Source: Flavobacteriales bacterium
GTDB lineage: Bacteria; Bacteroidota; Bacteroidia; Flavobacteriales_F; PHOS-HE28
Length of the DNA: 64,000 nt
Assembly: GCA_020635695.1 (NCBI GenBank)
Contig: JACJZH010000005.1
Coordinates: forward strand, 174,961 to 238,960
Direction of reading: 5' to 3'
Numbering within the stretch: the first letter of the stretch is position 1; each line of letters begins with the position of its first letter. This document shows positions 39,001 to 46,379 of the stretch, in pieces. Made by a program: the position numbers and the translations under genes. Below the pieces are notes generated by a model. That model made no database searches, was not told where the DNA came from, and saw only the letters and a list, made by a program, of their open reading frames with translations.

Positions 39001-39839
39001 CCGACCTGGAGGTCCGCTTCCGGGGAGTGACCGGAAGTGATCCGACCAACGGCTGGCAGGGAGACATGGCCGTGGACGACATCAACATCACCGTCTCCTC
39101 CGGCATACGAGCCTCGGTCCAGGTCTTCCTGGAAGGCCCGTACAATGCAGGTGCCGGCTCGATGAACGATGACCTGCGGACCGCCGGGCTGGTTCCCACC
39201 GTGGAACCATACTCGGGGATCGGTTATACGCACGTTGGTGGAGGCGGGGAGACCACCACCCCGGGCGTGTTGGCGGTGACCGGGAACAATGCGGTGGTGG
39301 ACTGGGTGGTGCTGGAGCTCCGTGCGACGGGCGACCCCTCCACCGTGGTGGCCTCACGCAGTGCCTTGCTCCAGCGCGATGGCGATGTGGTCGATACCGA
39401 CGGGACCTCGGCCGTTCTTTTCCAGGTGCCGGCAGGCAGTTACCACGTGGCGGTCAGGCACCGGAACCACCTTGGATGCATGACCGCAGGCGCCGTCGCC
39501 CTGTCCGCGTCGTCGACCACCATCGACCTGCGTTCCGCGGCAACGAGCACCTTCGGCACCCAGGCCAGAAAGACCGTGGGAAGTGTGCAGGCACTTTGGG
39601 CGGGTGATGTGAGGTTCAACGCCGACATCAAGTACACGGGCTCGGACAACGACCGGGATCCGATCCTGCAACGGATCGGTGGTGTGGTGCCGACCAATGT
39701 GGTCAGCGGCTACCACCCCGAGGACGTGGACCTGGACGGGAACGTGAAGTACACGGGCTCGGACAACGACCGGGATCCGATCCTGCAGAACATCGGTGGC
39801 GTGGTGCCCACGGCCACGCGTCAGGAGCAGTTGCCCTGA
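36078..39839 (+). CDS. 1253-aa secreted multidomain protein: BNR/Asp-box-like propeller, Ig/FN3-like modules, small Cys-rich domain, MAM domain, duplicated DxDxDG-like C-terminal module
   Basis: The signal peptide is MMRYSPAFLTLALLTVTGVRAQ. RWGDYFSLDTDPS and TPDPTGSW motifs suggest a propeller. The MAM-like block CTSTYPFSDDLENG...FDWTLNSGGTPSGSTGPAGDHTTG...GDMAVDDINI is encoded at about 38595-39090. Confidence 0.7.
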   Translation: MMRYSPAFLTLALLTVTGVRAQEQEYVELHNAEVIHMDFLGLTPAYRDWDASQEFPDPIVRTERGLLIPHEELENKGLHQKLNPKARPYGADPVWQQDFGQKSSRNRALDLTQDGIGYTSVNPADPCLDVGPNHVVQMINGGSGSYFQVFDKNGSSLGAAVYLDNFVGSVGGAGDPIVLYDAIADRWLMSEFAASGNRLLVAISQTPDPTGSWYAYSFTTPNFPDYPKYSVWNSMYMVTSNEGTGCPIYALDRTKMLAGDPSATTQRFTTPDYPTIGFQATTPITFDGGSAPPAGAPAMLMRMADDAWSASIPNDRLELWTLTVDFTTPGNSVLSGPTTYATQPFDTELCGYTSFSCIDQPGTSVNLDPLREVIMNRAHYRNLGTHEVIVCNHVTDVDGTDHAGIRWYELRRTGGPGQPWSIHQQGTYAPDGDSRWMAGIAINDLGDIALAYSVSSGSTAPSLRYTGRNASDPLGQMTVTETSIAAGTSGNASNRWGDYFSLDTDPSTGSFWGTGCYNTTSSWRTRIFEFSLPVTSPDYTLAVTSNTATACQPTAASYTIQVGSLLGYSAPVTLSVTGLPAGLTAAFSSNPVTPGGSSTLTIGNTGSVAMGSYGFTLQASSTSGPKSLPLTLEVTATPGATTLLAPANGATGVSGALSWNAAANADSYSVTIATDAGLLNVVESATGVIGTSYTPTTATAPLTTYFWRVQAGNACGNGAASPTWSFTTGDCVPLVIKIVLDRYGSETTWTLEDDNNAVVASGGPYTDEATNGEYPQPDVNVCVPEGCYSLIVNDSFGDGNCCAYGNGVISVEVAGTEVAAVSGDININNPVSAAFCVPRCTSTYPFSDDLENGTQNWTQDATDDFDWTLNSGGTPSGSTGPAGDHTTGTGSYLYTEASNPNFPSRTAAFSRCFDLSAANGATLGFWYHMFGAFMGTLHVDVFDGSTWNNSVWSRSGDQGDVWQQATVDLTPYLAADLEVRFRGVTGSDPTNGWQGDMAVDDINITVSSGIRASVQVFLEGPYNAGAGSMNDDLRTAGLVPTVEPYSGIGYTHVGGGGETTTPGVLAVTGNNAVVDWVVLELRATGDPSTVVASRSALLQRDGDVVDTDGTSAVLFQVPAGSYHVAVRHRNHLGCMTAGAVALSASSTTIDLRSAATSTFGTQARKTVGSVQALWAGDVRFNADIKYTGSDNDRDPILQRIGGVVPTNVVSGYHPEDVDLDGNVKYTGSDNDRDPILQNIGGVVPTATRQEQLP
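39629..39786 (+). repeat. Perfect 41-nt direct repeat (39629-39669 and 39746-39786), offset 117 nt, inside the MAM-protein gene
   Basis: AAGTACACGGGCTCGGACAACGACCGGGATCCGATCCTGCA occurs twice and encodes KYTGSDNDRDPIL in both copies. Confidence 0.9.
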
Positions 39840-39859
39840 ACGCACCTACCTTCGGGTCC

Positions 39860-40375
39860 ATGAGCGCATGGAGCCGATCTGTCTGGGCATTGCCGATCCT
39901 GATCGCCTGTGGTGGCGGGACCGATGATGGTCCGAGCGCGTCAGAGCCAGCCTCCCCGGCAGCTGAACGGGTGGTGGACCTTTCGCCTTGGGATGTGCCG
40001 TTGGAGGTGAACGCCCCCGGCACCCTGGCGGACAGCCTTCAGGTGGAATGGAACGAGGAGTTCGGTCAATTGGAGGTGCGCGGCGGCGAGCACTTCTCGC
40101 TGGTCGTGGTGGAAGCCCCGGGCGACATCGCCCGGTTGAAGGCCGACCTGGAACGGGACCTGCTCCGGACCCATGAGGTGCTGGCCGAGGAGCCGGGGTT
40201 GCTCATTTATCGAAGCGCCTTTCCGGATGACCCCGATCTCGTGTTCGTGCATGGCTACCGGGAGCTCCGGGTGGGGGACCGCTCGTTCGTCGTGGAGACC
40301 CACCCGCAGGGGCACTTCAATGAGGCGGAGGTGGAGGTCATGGTCCGGTCGGTCGTCCCCAGGGAAGGAGCATGA
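39860..40375 (+). CDS. Small lipoprotein, function unknown
   Basis: 171 aa with the lipobox ILIACGGG. It overlaps the next gene by ATGA. Confidence 0.5.
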   Translation: MSAWSRSVWALPILIACGGGTDDGPSASEPASPAAERVVDLSPWDVPLEVNAPGTLADSLQVEWNEEFGQLEVRGGEHFSLVVVEAPGDIARLKADLERDLLRTHEVLAEEPGLLIYRSAFPDDPDLVFVHGYRELRVGDRSFVVETHPQGHFNEAEVEVMVRSVVPREGA

Positions 40376-40974
40376 GGGCGATCCTGGCCGGCACGTTGTT
40401 CGTCATTTCCCTGGTGGCTGGTGCACAGGACGGTGCCTGGCGGGACAGCCTGGAGTCGTATTGGGCGAAGCTGGACCGGGAGTTCGCCGATCCGGAGCAT
40501 TCCCCGCTGGACTCTGCCGACCGGGAGGCCTTCGATCACCTGCACCGCTTTCCTGCCGACCCCGCATTCCGGGTCCTGGCCCGGTTCAAGCCGGCCCGCA
40601 AGGTCCGTTCGTTCGGGATGCGCACCAGCACCGATCGGGTGCCCGAGTACCGGAAGGTGGGGGTGTTGCATTTCATGCTTGACGGGAGGAAGGAGGAGCT
40701 GCACGTCTACCAGAACGTGAAGCTCTCCGAACAGGAGCCCTACCGGAACCATTTCTTCGTGCCGTTCACGGACCTGACCAATGGGGAGGAGACCTACGGG
40801 GGCGGGCGCTACCTGGACCTGTGGGGCCCCCTGGGCGAGCAGGTGGAACTGGACCTGAACAGGGCCTACAACCCGTATTGCGCATACAGCCACCGCTATT
40901 CCTGTCCGATACCTCCTGCGGAGAACCACCTGCCCCTGAGGGTGACCGCCGGAGTGCTCAAGTTCCACGACTGA
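40372..40974 (+). CDS. DUF1684 domain-containing exported protein
   Basis: 200 aa. The motif FTDLTNGEETYGGGRYLD...LDLNRAYNPYCAYSHRYSCPIPPAENHL matches DUF1684 as I recall it. Confidence 0.75.
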   Translation: MRAILAGTLFVISLVAGAQDGAWRDSLESYWAKLDREFADPEHSPLDSADREAFDHLHRFPADPAFRVLARFKPARKVRSFGMRTSTDRVPEYRKVGVLHFMLDGRKEELHVYQNVKLSEQEPYRNHFFVPFTDLTNGEETYGGGRYLDLWGPLGEQVELDLNRAYNPYCAYSHRYSCPIPPAENHLPLRVTAGVLKFHD

Positions 40975-41052
40975 CAAGGGGTCCGAGGCCCCCTGCTGGA
41001 TATTGCGGGCCGGATCCCGTATCATTGCGGACTGTTCAGACCCGTTCCGGAC

Positions 41053-41841
41053 ATGCGCAACGCCATCCTCATCCTCGCCTCCTTCCTGGCCCTGCCGTCC
41101 TTGGCCGGGGTACTGGTGCTTGAAGGGCATTACCAGGGCAAGAACCTGTTCGTGCAGAATCCCTTCTCGGAGGCCGGTGTCGGCTTCTGTGTGTACGAGG
41201 TGACGGTGAACGATCAGGTGGCCACCGATGAGTTGAACTCCAGCGCGTTCGAGATCGACCTGGGCAACTACGGACTTGCTCCTGGTGATGCGTTGACGGT
41301 GAAGATCAAGCACAAGGACGGCTGTACCCCACTGATCCTGAACCCCGAGGTGCTGAAGCCGAAGAGCACGTTCGACATCGTGTTCCAGGAAGTGGACAAG
41401 GACGGCGTGTACCGCTGGACAACGACCAATGAGACCGGTGAGCTTCCCTTCATCATCGAACAGAAGCGCTGGAACAAATGGATCAAGGTGGGGGAGGTCA
41501 TGGGCGTGGGCACCCCCGGGGAGCACGGCTATGAGTTCAAGGTGACCCCGCACTATGGTGAGAACACCTTCAGGCTGAAGCAGGTGGACCTGACCAAGAA
41601 GCCGCGGTTCGGGCCGGCCGTGAAGTACACCGACCCCACGATCGCCCAGGTGACCTGGTCCCCCGACAAGCCCAAGGACGAGATCACCTTCAGCGCACCC
41701 ACGCTCTATGAGATCTACGACCTGTACGGCAACATCGTGAAGCGCGGCTACGGGACGTCCGTGGACGTGAGCACGTTGAAGAAGGACAAGTACTACCTGA
41801 ACTACGACAACAAGCTGGGAGAGACCTTCATCAAGCGGTGA
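41053..41841 (+). CDS. Secreted protein, function unknown, with a tail weakly resembling a T9SS type-A sorting domain
   Basis: 262 aa with the signal peptide MRNAILILASFLALPSLAG and the tail YEIYDLYGNIVKRGYGTSVDVSTLKKDKYYLNYDN. Confidence 0.5.
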   Translation: MRNAILILASFLALPSLAGVLVLEGHYQGKNLFVQNPFSEAGVGFCVYEVTVNDQVATDELNSSAFEIDLGNYGLAPGDALTVKIKHKDGCTPLILNPEVLKPKSTFDIVFQEVDKDGVYRWTTTNETGELPFIIEQKRWNKWIKVGEVMGVGTPGEHGYEFKVTPHYGENTFRLKQVDLTKKPRFGPAVKYTDPTIAQVTWSPDKPKDEITFSAPTLYEIYDLYGNIVKRGYGTSVDVSTLKKDKYYLNYDNKLGETFIKR

Positions 41842-41862
41842 AGCGTTCCCCGTCCGTCATCC

Positions 41863-41896
41863 GACGCCCCATCATCGCACCGCGGGATGGGGCGTC
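41863..41896 (+). terminator. Intrinsic-terminator-like hairpin
   Basis: A perfect 11-bp stem pairs GACGCCCCATC (41863-41873) with GATGGGGCGTC (41886-41896) around a 12-nt loop. It is followed by CGCTTTCCC. Confidence 0.6.
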
Positions 41897-41911
41897 CGCT
41901 TTCCCGACCCC

Positions 41912-42331
41912 ATGGAGCACTTGAAGCACATCGAGCACATCGGCATCGCCGTGAAGGACCTGCAGGCGGCCGAGGACATCTACACCCGGCTCCTGGGCGT
42001 GGCGCCATACAAGCGCGAGGAAGTGGCCAGCGAGGGCGTGGTCACCAGCTTCTTCCGCAGCGGACCCAACAAGATCGAACTGCTGGAGAGCAGCGACCCG
42101 GAAGGTCCGATCGCCCGGGCCATTGCCAAGCGTGGAGAGGGCATCCATCACATCGCCTTCGCGGTGGACGATATCCGGGCAGAGATGGACCGCCTGAGGA
42201 CGGAGGGCTTCACCCTGCTGAACGAGGAGCCCAAGCGCGGCGCCGACAACAAGCTCGTGTGCTTCGTACACCCCAAGAGCGCCAACGGCGTGCTCGTGGA
42301 GCTCTGCCAGGAGATCGATCGATCAGCGTAG
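41912..42331 (+). CDS. mce: Methylmalonyl-CoA epimerase (VOC family)
   Basis: 139 aa with IEHIGIAVKDL...GEGIHHIAFAVDDI...HPKSANGVLVELCQ. Confidence 0.85.
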   Translation: MEHLKHIEHIGIAVKDLQAAEDIYTRLLGVAPYKREEVASEGVVTSFFRSGPNKIELLESSDPEGPIARAIAKRGEGIHHIAFAVDDIRAEMDRLRTEGFTLLNEEPKRGADNKLVCFVHPKSANGVLVELCQEIDRSA

Positions 42332-43762
42332 GAGCACCCGGACGACCCCGGTCCCTCCGGCCGTGTGCCAGCGTATCAGGACCAGGCCCCGCCGATCGCT
42401 CGGGGGGATGACAAGGATCGCGTCATCCGGGCCCACCGTCCAGCTCACAGGCACTTGGCGGCCGTGCAGATCGGTCGCGTCCAGTCGGGCCAGCTGGGAG
42501 GCGGCAAAAGGGAAGCGCATGTGGAACGGGCCGTCGGCAGGATTCGGCAGGACGCTCACCGACGTGACCGTGCGATGCCGTTCTTCCGAACCCACGTTCA
42601 AACACGGATCCAGGGTGTCGGGCACGACGACCACCGTGTAGCCGAACGACTGTCTTCCTTCCAGGAGGCAGTGATCATCGCGGGCGTCGATGCGGAAATG
42701 GAGGCGGCCGAGGGTCCCGGGCGGCGCCGTCCAACAGATCGAGGCCGTGGCGGTATCACCCGGTGTGCTCGTGAACGTGGCCCCCGGCAGGATCGTCGCT
42801 GCATCGGATCCGAGCGTGATCACGTCGGCGCTGTCCGGGTCGAAGAACTCCGCCTGGAAACAGAACGACTGCCCCGGCTCCAGGCTCAGTTCGTGGGGTC
42901 CGGTCACCTGTGCCTGGCCGGACATGAGCTGGATCGTGCCGGATGCAAGAGCGGGTGCAAAGGCCTCCTCCTGAATGGCGACCAGCAGGAACATGCGCTG
43001 GACCGTACCCAGGACATTGCCGAGGCCGTCCGACAACGTTCCGTTCACGTTGATGACATACCCCCCGGCAAGCCCGGAGGCCGGTGCTGATAGTTGCGCG
43101 AGGGCACTGTCCAGCAGGAGTCCGGCATAGGGCTCCGCGCCGGTGAAGGGAGGTGCGTAGGTGTAAGGCGTCCCGGTCGTGTCGAGCAAGGGTCCGAGCG
43201 ACGAGGTGAAGAAGCCGGGGCCATCGCTCCAAGGCAACAGGGCATGTTCGAACGCCCCCAGGCTCCCCGTGTAGGGAAGGTCCTCCTGCTCATACCTGGG
43301 CGTGTCGCGACACGGCATCAACAGGTTGTTGAGGGTGGTGGTCACCGTCATGTGCTGCGCGGAGAGGTTGCTGTTCACGGGATCCAGGCAGCAGCGTTGG
43401 AACGAGACCGCCCAGCTGTCGCAGGGGGGGAGGTCGATGGTGGCCTGGTGCACGAACCGGCGGTAGCCCGGCAGGAAGCCGCCGTTGCAACTGCTGTTGG
43501 AGAGGGCCGTGGGGCAGAGCATGGAGACCTCCTCGTTCCCCACGGCGGTCACCGTCAGAACACCGGAGCCGCAGGGGCTATCATACTCCACCTGCATGGT
43601 CTGGGGAACAGTGGCGCCATCGCAGTTCCACCAGGAGACCAGGTCCACCTCGTAGGTATCGTTCTGCAGGTGGCGCAGGTCGATCTCCGCACCGGCAAGG
43701 CTTCCATGCAGCAAGGAAGGAGTGGCCAGGAGCAGGAACGGCAGAAGGACCTTGGGACCCAT
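42323..43762 (-). CDS. Cys-rich secreted protein with a T9SS type-A C-terminal sorting domain
   Basis: 479 aa with the signal peptide MGPKVLLPFLLLATPSLLHG and the tail SVLPNPADGPFHMRF...LHGRQV...GLVLIRW. Confidence 0.65.
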   Translation of the reverse strand: MGPKVLLPFLLLATPSLLHGSLAGAEIDLRHLQNDTYEVDLVSWWNCDGATVPQTMQVEYDSPCGSGVLTVTAVGNEEVSMLCPTALSNSSCNGGFLPGYRRFVHQATIDLPPCDSWAVSFQRCCLDPVNSNLSAQHMTVTTTLNNLLMPCRDTPRYEQEDLPYTGSLGAFEHALLPWSDGPGFFTSSLGPLLDTTGTPYTYAPPFTGAEPYAGLLLDSALAQLSAPASGLAGGYVINVNGTLSDGLGNVLGTVQRMFLLVAIQEEAFAPALASGTIQLMSGQAQVTGPHELSLEPGQSFCFQAEFFDPDSADVITLGSDAATILPGATFTSTPGDTATASICWTAPPGTLGRLHFRIDARDDHCLLEGRQSFGYTVVVVPDTLDPCLNVGSEERHRTVTSVSVLPNPADGPFHMRFPFAASQLARLDATDLHGRQVPVSWTVGPDDAILVIPPSDRRGLVLIRWHTAGGTGVVRVLLR

Positions 43763-43800
43763 GTTCGTCGGACGTCCGGCGCGTGATCGGCGTTGCCCGG

Positions 43801-44433
43801 TCAGACCGATCCCAGGCGTCGCAACAGCCCGATCACATCCTCACGGTCCAACTCCAGGTGCTCGGCGCGCAACCCGGCCTTTCGGGCACCCTCCACATGC
43901 TGGATGCTGTCGTCGATGAAGAGCGTGGCTGCCGGATCGGCGCCATGCCGCTCCAGAACATGAACGAAGGCCTCCTTGTCCGGCTTCCGAAGGCCCAGCT
44001 CACAGCTGTAGTAGGCGCCATGGAAGAGCCCCTTGAAGTCGGCGATGTGGTTCTCCCGCCGGACGATCTCGGTGAAGGCCGGCACGTGGATGGCGTTCGT
44101 GTTGCTGAGCAGCAGCACCTGGTAGCGTTCCTTCAAGTCTTCCACCAGGTCCAGCCGTTCCTGTGGAATGCTGCCCAGCATGGCGTTCCAACAGGCGTCT
44201 ATCTCGCGATCGGTGAGGTCGGGCCGGAACAGGTCACGGACCGCGTCCCGGAAACCCGCTGCGTCCAGGTCGCCGGTCTCGAAGCGGTCGAACAGGTCGG
44301 TCTGCTTCGCCTTGCTGTACAGCCGGTCGAAGTCCTCGAACCCGAGCGCCCGAAAGGCCCGGGCGGTGCGGTCGTAGTCCACGTCGATGAGCACGCCGCC
44401 CAGGTCCAGCAGGATGGTGTCGATGCCGTTCAT
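43801..44433 (-). CDS. HAD-superfamily hydrolase
   Basis: 210 aa from the ATG at 44433. It has the motif I sequence ILLDLGGVLI, plus LLSNTN and FIDDS. Confidence 0.75.
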   Translation of the reverse strand: MNGIDTILLDLGGVLIDVDYDRTARAFRALGFEDFDRLYSKAKQTDLFDRFETGDLDAAGFRDAVRDLFRPDLTDREIDACWNAMLGSIPQERLDLVEDLKERYQVLLLSNTNAIHVPAFTEIVRRENHIADFKGLFHGAYYSCELGLRKPDKEAFVHVLERHGADPAATLFIDDSIQHVEGARKAGLRAEHLELDREDVIGLLRRLGSV

Positions 44434-44488
44434 GTCGGGGCGCGAAGCTATCCCATCCCCGGCTGGTCTAATTTCGCCGGAACAGACC

Positions 44489-44561
44489 GGGCCCATAGCT
44501 CAGCGGTCAGAGCAGGGGACTCATAATCCCTTGGTCGCAGGTTCAAATCCTGCTGGGCCCA
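44489..44561 (+). tRNA. tRNA with CAT anticodon. It is not an initiator, and its body most resembles ileX-type tRNA-Ile2 (lysidine) rather than elongator Met.
   Basis: It folds into a clean 73-nt cloverleaf: acceptor GGGCCCA/TGGGCCC, D arm GCTC-AGCGGTCA-GAGC, anticodon arm GGGGA-CTCATAA-TCCCT, and T arm GCAGG-TTCAAAT-CCTGC. CCA is not fully encoded. The Ile2 versus Met call rests on remembered similarity to E. coli ileX. Confidence 0.9.
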
Positions 44562-44575
44562 CCGCGATCAGGCAT

Positions 44576-46324
44576 TCAGGGCTTCACCGCGTACACCCGC
44601 AACCGCGGCTCGCGGAGCTTGAACGTAGCGCCTGGTCGGTTCCACCAGTATCCCTTCACCCGCTGTCCCGGCCCCAGGGGGTCCAGGCGCATGCGGTAGG
44701 TGATCGGCTCCCATACCCCGGCCTTGGCCGGCAGCGGGTCCATGCGGAAGGTCTCGTAATGGAACAGGGTGTCCGGTGCTTCCACGGTGAGCACGCCCAG
44801 CACATCGCGGGTCCCGTCCGCATCGCCCACGTAGCGTTCGAACTTCACCTCCACGAACAGGGCGCGTCCTTCCGGCAAGCTCCCGGGAGGCAGTTCGAAG
44901 CCCGCGCCGAACTCCTGCATCATGACGCATTCCTGCCCGCGTGGGTCGCCGCACTGCCAATGGGCATCGTTCCATCCCAAGGTGTCCGTCAGGACCAGCT
45001 CCAGGCCATGGGGGTGGAAGGGCGGGCATTGCATGTTGCCCCCCAGGCTGTTGCGGAATTCCGGCGCCGTCCGGCCGAACACGTGCATGTACTTGGCCCG
45101 GTCCATGTGCACCGGGTGGATGATGTTCTTTTCGTACTGCCAGAACTGGAAGGCGTGCAGTGTTCCCAAGGCGACCAGGAGGACGAGGGCCGACCTGCGC
45201 CAGGCGGGTGATGCCTGCTGCAACACCAAGCCCAGGGGCAGGACGAACACGGCGTAGTGCTCCACGAAGGCCCGGTGTCCGAAGCCGCCGCCGTAGTACC
45301 AGATCCACCAGGCGGAGATCACGTAGGTGACCACCGCCCAGTAGCCGAGCGCCCCGATGCCGCGCCAGGGATCGCGGCGGACGAGCGACACGGCGGCCAG
45401 CAGGGCAACGAACATCACGGGCGTCCACACGAACAGCCCCTTCCACCAGCTGAACAGCACGTGGAACACCTCGGGCCGGCCCCAGTGGAACCCTTCGCCC
45501 CGGTAGCTCCATTCCCACCAATTGCCGGTCTGCAGTTTCCACAGGAGCGGTTGAAGGCCCACCATGATCAAGGCCCCGAGCACAGCTGCGCAACCGGCAA
45601 GAGGACGCTGGGTGATCAGGCCGAGCGCACGTGCCACGGTGCCACTTCCCCAGAGGACCGGCAGGGCCAGCAGGACCAGGCCGTTCGTGGGCCGCACCAG
45701 GACGATGAGCCCGAGCACGGCGCCAGTGGCCACGATGCGCCAGGTGGGCGATCGTTCATCCAGGCCCCAGGCCAGCCGCAGGAACAGGGCGAACAGCAGA
45801 AAACTGTGCACGTGCGTCCAACCCGGCTGCATCACCGCGTACTGCAGCAGTTGGGTGCCGAAAGCGAGCACCAGCAGGAGGAAGGCTGTCAGCCCGTCGG
45901 ACACCCGCATCCGGACCAGGAGGCCGCCAAGCAGCCAGAGACCCAGCAGGCCGTGCACCACACCACCAAGGGATAGCGCCTTCTGGTAGGGGGCGGAGAG
46001 CCCGTCCCGGGGAGCATCGGTCAGCAGGGCCCACCCATGACCCACGGTGAACCAGGGGAGCATGAGCACGGAGGTGCCGGCGAAGTACTTGTTCAGGGAT
46101 CCCGTCGGGGTCCGGTGCAGGTAGTCCGGGTCGGGCGTCTCCTGGCCGAGGTCGTGGGTGATCAGCAGGGCCTTGAGGTATCCCTGATAGCCCTTCACAT
46201 CGCTGCGCACCACCCAGCGCCAGCCCTCGCCATCGGTGCCCTGCCAGCGCCAGTGGACCATGAGCACTCCCCAGACCACGGCGATCAGGAGCAGGGCCAG
46301 GTTGCTCAGGCGGGGGGTGCGCAT
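44576..46324 (-). CDS. Polytopic membrane protein with a soluble C-terminal domain (GT-C-like, unassigned)
   Basis: 582 aa from the ATG at 46324. It has 10 or more hydrophobic helices followed by a ~170-aa hydrophilic tail. No motif was recognised. Confidence 0.55.
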   Translation of the reverse strand: MRTPRLSNLALLLIAVVWGVLMVHWRWQGTDGEGWRWVVRSDVKGYQGYLKALLITHDLGQETPDPDYLHRTPTGSLNKYFAGTSVLMLPWFTVGHGWALLTDAPRDGLSAPYQKALSLGGVVHGLLGLWLLGGLLVRMRVSDGLTAFLLLVLAFGTQLLQYAVMQPGWTHVHSFLLFALFLRLAWGLDERSPTWRIVATGAVLGLIVLVRPTNGLVLLALPVLWGSGTVARALGLITQRPLAGCAAVLGALIMVGLQPLLWKLQTGNWWEWSYRGEGFHWGRPEVFHVLFSWWKGLFVWTPVMFVALLAAVSLVRRDPWRGIGALGYWAVVTYVISAWWIWYYGGGFGHRAFVEHYAVFVLPLGLVLQQASPAWRRSALVLLVALGTLHAFQFWQYEKNIIHPVHMDRAKYMHVFGRTAPEFRNSLGGNMQCPPFHPHGLELVLTDTLGWNDAHWQCGDPRGQECVMMQEFGAGFELPPGSLPEGRALFVEVKFERYVGDADGTRDVLGVLTVEAPDTLFHYETFRMDPLPAKAGVWEPITYRMRLDPLGPGQRVKGYWWNRPGATFKLREPRLRVYAVKP

Positions 46325-46329
46325 CGGGC

Positions 46330-46372
46330 CAAGATAGGCGGCGTGCAGGCGGCGGAAAGGGGGTCTATCTTG
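46330..46372. promoter_or_regulatory. Symmetric divergent control region between the GT-C-like gene and galE
   Basis: The perfect 8-bp inverted repeat CAAGATAG-N27-CTATCTTG has each arm (TATCTTG, -7-like) 5 or 7 nt from its start codon. Confidence 0.35.
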
Positions 46373-46379
46373 CACCGCC

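Noticed and set aside
44434-44576. The tRNA could have been an integration site for a genomic island.
   Set aside because: There is no integrase, transposase or phage-like gene on either side. I saw no direct repeat of the tRNA 3' end nearby. The flanking genes are ordinary housekeeping or envelope genes with the same composition as the rest of the window.
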